Shown here piece after piece: positions 1-6,124 of a stretch of DNA of 20,000 nt. The DNA is taken from IMG/VR virus record IMGVR_UViG_3300042368_001196; one strand, 5' to 3'. The notes under the pieces are model-generated. The model ran no database searches, was not told where the DNA came from, and saw nothing but the letters and a program-made list of their open reading frames with translations. A program made the position numbers and the translations under genes. The DNA is from an uncultured virus (IMG/VR IMGVR_UViG_3300042368_001196) (Duplodnaviria > Heunggongvirae > Uroviricota > Caudoviricetes). Numbering within the stretch: the first letter of the stretch is position 1; each line of letters begins with the position of its first letter.

Positions 1-540
1 GACCCGAGCGTAGCGTTTCTCGCCGAGGACGTAGAAGAACGTCGTGGCCGCTTCCTCGCTCAGTGTCTCGGGTTCTTGGATCAAGAACTCGATGTGACCG
101 ACCTTGGCGAACTTACCTTCGCCGCGACCGTAAGCGACCTGACCTCCGGAGAGGCGAACTTCTTCCGCGGTCTGGAAGACGCGAGGACGAACGTCCGGAT
201 CGAAGGGGAGGGACTCCTGGTATTCAACCTTGAGACGAACCGCGATGACTTTGAGCGGATTGCCCAAACCCTTGTTCTTCGGATCGATGTCGTTGATCTG
301 GTGTTCCTTGTTGATGACATAGGTGCCCGGAGTGAACAGATTCGAGAGATCGCCGACTTTGTTCACGAGGTTCAGGCGCGGCAGCTTGATGTCGTCAGCG
401 CCGAACTCTCCGTAGATTCCTTTTGCTTGGTCTTCGCCGATGATGGCGACCTGTGCTTCGGGGCGGACGGCAACGGCTTTGTTGCTGACTTCCTCGATGA
501 CTTGGGCCTCGACGGCCTCTTCAAACGATACTTTTCCCAT
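1..540 (-). CDS. Phage replication/recombination protein, possibly SSB-like (3'-truncated by window edge; absent from ORF track)
   Basis: Hand translation from ATG at 540 stays open to base 1: MGKVSFEEAVEAQVIEEVSNKAVAVRPEAQVAIIGEDQAKGIYGEFGADDIKLPRLNLVNKVGDLSNLFTPGTYVINKE... It starts 17 bp after the helicase-nuclease stop. The 'DDIKLPRLNLV' motif resembles phage proteins found beside DUF2800 nucleases. The SSB function is an inference. Confidence 0.75.
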   Translation of the reverse strand, partial: MGKVSFEEAVEAQVIEEVSNKAVAVRPEAQVAIIGEDQAKGIYGEFGADDIKLPRLNLVNKVGDLSNLFTPGTYVINKEHQINDIDPKNKGLGNPLKVIAVRLKVEYQESLPFDPDVRPRVFQTAEEVRLSGGQVAYGRGEGKFAKVGHIEFLIQEPETLSEEAATTFFYVLGEKRYARV

Positions 541-557
541 AATTATTGATGGCGTTA

Positions 558-2984
558 TTACTTGGTCTTTTTTAGGTAGTGATAAGAGCCCTCGCTCTTG
601 GCCGCATCGGCATCCACCAATGCGTCACGAAGTTGTTCTTTGGATCGGGCCATCTCGCCGCGTTTCGCGGTCCGTGCGATGGCTTTTTCTAGTGCCCCGA
701 TTGAGACCTCGGCGCAGGCTGCGAAGGCTTCGGGACTGATTTTGTCTTTGACTGTTTCCCACGCGGCTTGTGCGTTGGTGATCTTGAAAGGTGACTTGCG
801 CTCGGCGAGTTCGAACCCCGGAATCTCGATCCCTTCCTGCATCCGCATTTCCAAGGCGCGGGCATCGACCTTGTCGGCCCATGACCGCATGATCGGTGCC
901 GCCTTCTTGGCGAACGCTATGACGTTCGGGTCAGAGATGTTGGCCGGATCGTATTGCGCCGGCAGGGTCAACTCGTCGGCCTTGTATTCCGACGCGATCG
1001 TCAGTGCGAGTGACGACAGTTTGGGGCAACTGGCTTGCTTTGCGCACCAAGCGCAGTGTGCCCCAGTAAGGTAGGTCAAGGGGTCATCGCGCCGCGCTGC
1101 GGCAATAATGGCCGCAACTTGTGAGGACAAACGATCGTAGTCACTTTCCCGGTGCCACGTCTCGCGGTCGATGACCCCTTGGAAGGGGAGGAGCACATGA
1201 ACAGTAAGTTGTTCAATTTGGGGATGGGCATCCCACAACCCGACGGCATAGGCCCAGAACTGCGGCGAATCCGCGGTGTATGCCCCGAAAGCAAATTTGT
1301 AGTCGACCAACTCGGCTTTGTCTCCGCCGTGCAGGATGATATGATCGATGTGCCCGAACTGATCGAGGACGTTGTAACGCTGCTCCCGAAGCTCCTGCGC
1401 GTTTACGAGGGGCTTGCGGAGAGCCGCCAGATACCGAAGGCACATCTCGGCGGCTTCGCGCAGCTTCGGATCATCCGGCGGAATCACATCGAGGTTCTCC
1501 TTTTCCACCGCAAGGTGGCCGAGCGTTCCGCGGTTGGCCGCGCTTTGGTCACGAGTCTGGTCGTTGCGGAATCCGGGGCACTTGGCTTTTTCTTTAAGCG
1601 AGGAGGGCGAGTGTTCGCTGTGCTCCGTGTTATGCTCTTGAGGCGTTATTACCGACATGGAAGATGAGACCGGGGTAACCACCCCATTGTTCAAATTATT
1701 TTTACCTGCATTCAAAATTCCTACATTTTCCCTTTTTTCCTCAGTCAGCTTGAGGGCTCCCTGCTCCACGGTGCCTGGTGCGTAGAGCCTTAGAGCGAGT
1801 GCGCGAGACTTGGCCCCGACCCGTCGGATTCGTCCAAGAGCCTGCTCCTCCACGAGGCCGGAGAATTGCGGACAAATAAGTGCAACACGTGGGAACTCTC
1901 CGACCACGTCGTGTAGGTCGATGGATTGTCCGCCCGCCGCGATCTGGACGATGACGCACCGGAGTTCGTTTTCTTGGAATCGGCGCTGCGTTTCCGCCCT
2001 GGCTTTAGGGCTTTCCCGTCCGTCGATGACGCCCGCGGCTTCAAGGAGCTTCCGTGCTTGGTCGATACTTTCATGGAAATTCAGGAAGAGAACCACCGAG
2101 CCGCCTGATTCGACGATCTCCTGGGCACGCTCCACCAGATACGCGACTTTGACCGTTTCAAGGGCTTGTCGCTGCCGGAGATTTTTAACACCGCCCGGAT
2201 CCTCTGGATCAGCCATTTCGTCATAAAGAGCTTTTACGGTAGCGCGGTCTTTATCTGAGAGCCACAGGGGCTCGTCCGAGAGCATCAAGTCCGGCAACTG
2301 CTCGCGTAGCTCCTCCTCGGACACGCGGTATCCGCGGTTCGTGTATACCGAATGGTGGAGCCGCTCCATCTTCTCCTTGTTCTCCGGCCGGCGGGGATTC
2401 CACTCAAGACCGCCCCAGCGCCCTTCTTCGGCCCCCATCTCGCGGACCCACTTCCAAAAGTAGCCGGACGTGAACAGCCGGAGGTTGACCCCGATCGCCT
2501 TCATCTTGAGTGGGGACTCCGCGGCCGTGGCCGAAAGCATTAGGGCCGCATGGTTCCCTGCGGCGGCTTCGAGCATCTTCCCGTTCTGGGAGTTGTAGGC
2601 CCCGAACATGTGCGCCTCGTCGAAGATGAGCAGACACCGCTCGGGTATGTTCCACTCGAATTTCACCTTTTTACCCCCGCTCGGGATCTTTTTAAGCCAC
2701 GGAGTATTTCCCATCCGCAGCTTCTCGGGGTTGAGGACAAAGAGCGGTTTGACCCCGAATGCTGTGAGGGTATTACCCCATTTCGCCAAGACCGACTTCG
2801 GGGCGATGATACCAACCTTGAGCGCATATCGAGCAGCGACAGCACTGGCGATGACGGTCTTTCCGCCACCGCACCCGGTCCCGTCGAGTGACGCCCCGAC
2901 CGAGTCCAGAATCCGGAGGTGTTCGGCTACCGCCTTCTCTTGGTATGGGAAGAGTTTGAACGCTGTGGGCATGTGCTGAGTCAT
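558..2984 (-). CDS. SF2 (SNF2-like) helicase fused to C-terminal Cas4-like/DUF2800 PD-(D/E)xK nuclease
   Basis: Helicase motifs: Q motif LFPYQ, Walker A GCGGGKT, DEAH, SAT, QIAAGGQSIDL, QALGRIRR. After residue ~443: HSPSSL..KCPG, AANRGTLGH, GHIDH, LVDYKF, Q..AYA and CAWCAKQASC. The start could instead be the ATG at 2972. Confidence 0.9.
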   Translation of the reverse strand: MTQHMPTAFKLFPYQEKAVAEHLRILDSVGASLDGTGCGGGKTVIASAVAARYALKVGIIAPKSVLAKWGNTLTAFGVKPLFVLNPEKLRMGNTPWLKKIPSGGKKVKFEWNIPERCLLIFDEAHMFGAYNSQNGKMLEAAAGNHAALMLSATAAESPLKMKAIGVNLRLFTSGYFWKWVREMGAEEGRWGGLEWNPRRPENKEKMERLHHSVYTNRGYRVSEEELREQLPDLMLSDEPLWLSDKDRATVKALYDEMADPEDPGGVKNLRQRQALETVKVAYLVERAQEIVESGGSVVLFLNFHESIDQARKLLEAAGVIDGRESPKARAETQRRFQENELRCVIVQIAAGGQSIDLHDVVGEFPRVALICPQFSGLVEEQALGRIRRVGAKSRALALRLYAPGTVEQGALKLTEEKRENVGILNAGKNNLNNGVVTPVSSSMSVITPQEHNTEHSEHSPSSLKEKAKCPGFRNDQTRDQSAANRGTLGHLAVEKENLDVIPPDDPKLREAAEMCLRYLAALRKPLVNAQELREQRYNVLDQFGHIDHIILHGGDKAELVDYKFAFGAYTADSPQFWAYAVGLWDAHPQIEQLTVHVLLPFQGVIDRETWHRESDYDRLSSQVAAIIAAARRDDPLTYLTGAHCAWCAKQASCPKLSSLALTIASEYKADELTLPAQYDPANISDPNVIAFAKKAAPIMRSWADKVDARALEMRMQEGIEIPGFELAERKSPFKITNAQAAWETVKDKISPEAFAACAEVSIGALEKAIARTAKRGEMARSKEQLRDALVDADAAKSEGSYHYLKKTK

Positions 2985-2989
2985 ACCTT

Positions 2990-3244
2990 ATGATGAAAAT
3001 TATTAACTCACTAATCGTAGCGGGTCTCCTTACGGGAACCGCATTAGCTGGCGACGGGAACTTTTACGTGATCGACCTGAATACTCCGAACGGGATCACG
3101 TATGTCCAGAAACAGGGCAATCGGTATTACTACTCGTCTGATCGGTCAGGCGAGGTGATGGAACGAATCCGTGTGAATAGAGAACGGCGGGCTGAACGCC
3201 GGGAGGCACAGAATCAGGAATTGCTGGGGAGTCTGCTGGACTGA
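2990..3244 (+). CDS. Small putative secreted protein (moron-like), antisense to the replication operon
   Basis: MKIINSLIVAGLLTGTALA|GD is a typical Sec signal peptide with an A-x-A cleavage site. The start region is AT-rich. The ORF fills the gap between the resolvase and helicase genes. Confidence 0.65.
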   Translation: MMKIINSLIVAGLLTGTALAGDGNFYVIDLNTPNGITYVQKQGNRYYYSSDRSGEVMERIRVNRERRAERREAQNQELLGSLLD

Positions 3245-3569
3245 CCCAATCCGAGTCTTTCACTAGACGCAACCAATCAGCGGCGAGCATCGTGACCAAC
3301 CACGGCTCGCCGTTTTTCTTGTGGGCGACTGTTGGCGTCCGGCCACTTTTTGCACTGTCGGCGATCGCTTGCTTCATCGCAGCGAGGACGTTCAGGTTTT
3401 GCACCCCCTTCACCTCGAAGTGGATCGTCGGTAATTCTGGGCAGACAACGTCGGCGTCCCCAGCGGCACCGCAATACTGCTGACCGCGGAAAGCCTTCAA
3501 GAACCCCGCCTCGCGGAGTTGATCGCGCCAGAGGCGCTCGACACGTTTGCCTTTTTGCCTGGAGTTCAC
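3096..3569 (-). CDS. Holliday junction resolvase-like PD-(D/E)xK nuclease
   Basis: Motifs NSRQKGKRVER, GDADV and IHFEVK. The GTG start at 3569 overlaps the upstream TGA (GTGA coupling). The last ~50 aa look low-complexity and overlap the antisense gene. Confidence 0.85.
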   Translation of the reverse strand: MNSRQKGKRVERLWRDQLREAGFLKAFRGQQYCGAAGDADVVCPELPTIHFEVKGVQNLNVLAAMKQAIADSAKSGRTPTVAHKKNGEPWLVTMLAADWLRLVKDSDWVSPADSPAIPDSVPPGVQPAVLYSHGFVPSPRLTDQTSSNTDCPVSGHT

Positions 3570-3856
3570 GGGATGCAAGAAGTCATCCGGCCCTGCGCCC
3601 ACTTCACGAGTTCATCGTCCGAGTAGACGATTTTCTTTTCGCCCAGGCGGATGCAGGGGAGTCCCTGTTTGCGCCAGTAGGTAAGGCAGTTTCGGCCCAT
3701 CGGTTTCCCGAAGAGTTCGCTTAACCGGGCAACCGCTTCTCCCGCGCCGTAGACTTCTTTGCGTGGAGCCGCCGGTTCGGTGATTTCCAGTCGGACCCGA
3801 CCCTCGGAAATCGGGATCGCCCGAAACGAGGCGCACTCGATCGTCATGCTAGTCAT
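3566..3856 (-). CDS. Excisionase-like / MerR-type HTH DNA-binding protein
   Basis: EAVARLSELFGKPMGRNCLTYWRKQGLPCIRLGEKKIVYSDDELVKW fits a winged-HTH Xis/HTH_17 pattern. It lies downstream of the integrase in the same orientation. Confidence 0.75.
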   Translation of the reverse strand: MTSMTIECASFRAIPISEGRVRLEITEPAAPRKEVYGAGEAVARLSELFGKPMGRNCLTYWRKQGLPCIRLGEKKIVYSDDELVKWAQGRMTSCIP

Positions 3857-3869
3857 TATGTTGTTATTA

Positions 3870-4061
3870 CTACAACCCGAAGAATTTACGCAATGCAGTG
3901 CGAATGACCGCGCTCATTGAGCGCCCCGAGCTTTCGGACTCCTTTTTGAGGCGGTCTTCAAGCTCGGGGTCGCTGGCGAATGAGCGGATCAACTTCGGAT
4001 TGCGGAGGTTATTGATCTTCTCCGTCAGGGAGGGTGTTTCTGAATTCGTCACGGCTGTCAC
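3870..4061 (-). CDS. Ribbon-helix-helix (CopG/Arc-like) regulator
   Basis: LIRSFASDPELEDRLKKESESSGRSMSAVIRTAL fits the beta-strand, helix, G-x-S-x-S, helix pattern. The start is uncertain (GTG 4061 or 4052; the track uses 4100). Confidence 0.75.
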   Translation of the reverse strand: MTAVTNSETPSLTEKINNLRNPKLIRSFASDPELEDRLKKESESSGRSMSAVIRTALRKFFGL

Positions 4062-4182
4062 GATACAGCCGCAATCCGTCTTCGACAAATAGAGAGGCAA
4101 GTTTTTCCGGCGTTAAGGAGCAGTAGTGAGCCGCTTCGTCGAGTTCGGATTTTTGGTTACTGGTGAGGTTTATTGTCATCAT
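4009..4182 (-). CDS. 57-aa probable ribbon-helix-helix protein (absent from ORF track)
   Basis: Hand translation: MMTINLTSNQKSELDEAAHYCSLTPEKLASLFVEDGLRLYRDSRDEFRNTLPDGEDQ*. An alternating N-terminal strand is followed by two helices. It has an A/C-rich leader and follows a terminator. Confidence 0.65.
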   Translation of the reverse strand: MMTINLTSNQKSELDEAAHYCSLTPEKLASLFVEDGLRLYRDSRDEFRNTLPDGEDQ

Positions 4183-4232
4183 TTATGGGCGTTTCTATTA
4201 CTTCGGGTGTTGTTATGGTTATTACGGCGTAG

Positions 4233-4266
4233 TGAAAAAGAAGCCGCGGGGATTGAACCCCGCGGC
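4233..4266 (-). terminator. Intrinsic terminator after the int-RHH unit
   Basis: Minus strand reads GCCGCGGGG-TTCAAT-CCCCGCGGC (perfect 9-bp stem, 4243-4266) followed by TTCTTTTTC, 6 bp after the stop at 4273. Confidence 0.85.
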
Positions 4267-4272
4267 ACCGCG

Positions 4273-4641
4273 TCACCCGTTCCGGTGTTTCCGGAGCAGG
4301 GCAGCAATGGTTTTTTGCATTTGTGGATCGAGGCTGTCCGAAGCGCGTTCTTCCTTGGTGTCGGCCTTATAGACAGCCAACTCCTCGGCAACGCGAGACA
4401 GCGTTTTATCTGGGTCTTCTTTGGCCAGGTATTGAGCGGTAGCTTCACGAATCAGGGAACTCACGTTGGTCTGCTTGGCTGCGGCCAAAAGGCGCAGGGC
4501 AGCGGAGGTTCCTTTACTTTCGACATAGCTAACACGCTCGGTGCCTGGTTTCAGACGACCGTGTTTTGTGGTGCTCATGGGTTTTTGGGTTTTCCTTTCT
4601 TCGATAACTTTAGACATCGGGCGTGTGTGGTTGTTCACCAT
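4273..4641 (-). CDS. RHH-domain regulator, candidate repressor
   Basis: ERVSYVESKGTSAALRLLAAAKQTNVSSLIREATAQYL is RHH-like and has a helical C-terminal extension. The start overlaps the integrase stop; a later Met could be the true start. Confidence 0.7.
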   Translation of the reverse strand: MVNNHTRPMSKVIEERKTQKPMSTTKHGRLKPGTERVSYVESKGTSAALRLLAAAKQTNVSSLIREATAQYLAKEDPDKTLSRVAEELAVYKADTKEERASDSLDPQMQKTIAALLRKHRNG

Positions 4642-5876
4642 TTTATTAAATGAGACAAGCCTTTTTCTTTCGCATAAGCCCGCACTGATATCGGTGTGAT
4701 ATTAAACCATGCCTCTGCCGCCGAGGGGGTTACGAGGGCTTTGTAGTTGGATTGGATGATACCCGGAGAATTTCCCGCCAGTTCCCTTGTGAGCCAGATA
4801 TCCCTGTGACGGGCCAAGTGGTAGCTGATGAAGGAGTGTCGGAGGGCATTTTTCTTCCAAACAACCCCGACTTCCCGCAGCCGCGCTTTGTCTGAGTAAA
4901 CTTTTTTCGCCTCGTGCTTTGAGATTAGCGGGGCGTCCGGACCTTTTTTGGGGGCTATCGCCTTCCATGCCTGGAGGTTTGGGGTTTGGTCGATGGTCCG
5001 CCGTGAGGGATTTTTGGCCACGTCGGCATCGATACAGACAATGTTCTCTTCGTCGAGAAAGTCGGAATACTTCAGTTTCCATCCTTCGGCGCAGCGTCCA
5101 CCCCCAAAACAAACGGTGGCCACATAGAGCAACTGGCTTGGTCGAAGCACGATGAACAGCCGGGTAAGCTCCTCGGGAGTGAAGACTGGGTGCTTCTTGG
5201 GCCGGATTTTCGGCAGCGGCACATCCTCGAAAGGCGAGTCAAAGTTCCGCGGCACATACCGCTTTCTTTTGGCAAAAAACTCCCGGGCTTTGATCGCGTC
5301 GATGAGGTTTCTTTTTGTCACTGGGCTGTAGTCGCTCTCGAGGAGTTTTGTCTTCAGCAGTTCGCCGGTTATCTGCTGGAGCGTCATCGACCCAAACCAT
5401 TTCTTGAGCACACCGTTTTCGTATTTGATGTTTTTGAGGTGCTCGTGGGAGACCTCTTCGTTGAGTTTCCGTAGCTCCGTTTCCTTCTCCAACTCGTCGC
5501 ACAAATCTCCGATCGTCTTGCGCGGCCCGCCGATTGCGTGCGTGCGTAGGTAAAGTTCGATCGCCGAGAGCATGTGGCTTTTGCCGCCCACTTTGCGCAA
5601 ACACTCATTAAGGAATACAATATCCCCTGAATGAACGGATGTTCTGGTTCCCTCGGCGCGGGCGAGGTCGTGCACAATGCGCTTTGCTTCTTCGATCGCT
5701 TCGTTTCGATCGGAGATATTGCGGCGAAATTTTTGCGTGCCGACGTGCCAGTGCAATACGTGTCGAAGGTATCGTCCGTTTTGTTCCGTTCGGATCTCCA
5801 CCTCCGCTCCGCCAAAACGCACTTTGGCTGGGCCGTTTTTTGTCTCAATAAGCTCAGGGATTTCGTGGTTCTTCAT
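4635..5876 (-). CDS. int: Tyrosine recombinase / phage integrase
   Basis: 413 aa with catalytic-box motifs GGRCAE (R), VAKN (K), NALRHSFISY (R), LAGNS and SNY (Y). It is adjacent to the tRNA-derived att core. Confidence 0.93.
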   Translation of the reverse strand: MKNHEIPELIETKNGPAKVRFGGAEVEIRTEQNGRYLRHVLHWHVGTQKFRRNISDRNEAIEEAKRIVHDLARAEGTRTSVHSGDIVFLNECLRKVGGKSHMLSAIELYLRTHAIGGPRKTIGDLCDELEKETELRKLNEEVSHEHLKNIKYENGVLKKWFGSMTLQQITGELLKTKLLESDYSPVTKRNLIDAIKAREFFAKRKRYVPRNFDSPFEDVPLPKIRPKKHPVFTPEELTRLFIVLRPSQLLYVATVCFGGGRCAEGWKLKYSDFLDEENIVCIDADVAKNPSRRTIDQTPNLQAWKAIAPKKGPDAPLISKHEAKKVYSDKARLREVGVVWKKNALRHSFISYHLARHRDIWLTRELAGNSPGIIQSNYKALVTPSAAEAWFNITPISVRAYAKEKGLSHLIKW

Positions 5877-5934
5877 GTCTATTTTGGGACAAAAATCTGC
5901 TCCAATCGTTCAAAATCATACATAACCACATAAC

Positions 5935-5940
5935 ATTATA
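5935..5940 (-). promoter_or_regulatory. Possible -10 box for the integrase
   Basis: Perfect TATAAT on the minus strand about 60 bp upstream of the int ATG. No convincing -35 at 17-bp spacing. Confidence 0.35.
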
Positions 5941-6007
5941 TGATGTCAGGATTGCGTAACTTTTTGTCTAACAGAGTAAATCGAGTGACTTACGACAAAT
6001 GAAAAAA

Positions 6008-6028
6008 GTCGGGGCGACAGGATTCGAA
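6008..6028 (-). other. attP core identical in form to the 3' end of a tRNA-Pro
   Basis: Minus strand reads TTCGAATCCTGTCGCCCCGAC: T-loop, 3' T-stem, acceptor 3' strand CGCCCCG, A73 and C74. G72/A73 is typical of bacterial tRNA-Pro. No 5' tRNA half precedes it. Confidence 0.85.
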
Positions 6029-6124
6029 GCAGAGTGCCACTTCCGTAAAAGGTTCTTTTACAGAGGGATAGTGGCTGGGGTTTATTTTGGAGCAGATTGG
6101 GGCGGGCTTTTCAGCCCATTTTGA

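Larger units (their letters stand above)
5884..6106. repeat. Probable integrase arm-type binding sites of attP
   Basis: Perfect 12-bp inverted repeat AATCTGCTCCAA (5894-5905) / TTGGAGCAGATT (6087-6098). Degenerate neighbours are TTGGGACAAA (5884-5893) and TTGGGGCGGG (6097-6106). Confidence 0.7.

Noticed and set aside
76..549. 157-aa plus-strand ORF in the track
   Set aside because: It is the antisense shadow of the real minus-strand gene 1-540, which fits the operon and codon usage.
558..1658. CRISPR-Cas system suggested by the Cas4-like domain and helicase
   Set aside because: No repeat-spacer array, cas1/cas2 or HD domain is visible. Solo Cas4-like nucleases are common in phage replication modules.
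2976..3244. CTGA at 2976-2979 and 3241-3244 as a target-site duplication of the antisense gene
   Set aside because: Four bases is too short to distinguish from chance without an empty-site allele.
4243..4266. GGTTCAATCCC resembling a tRNA T-loop or second att site
   Set aside because: A perfect 9-bp stem plus T-tract right after a stop codon is better explained as an intrinsic terminator.
5955..6085. Complete tRNA gene
   Set aside because: Only the last 21 nt match a tRNA. There is no 5' T-stem, anticodon arm or D arm, so it is treated as an att core.
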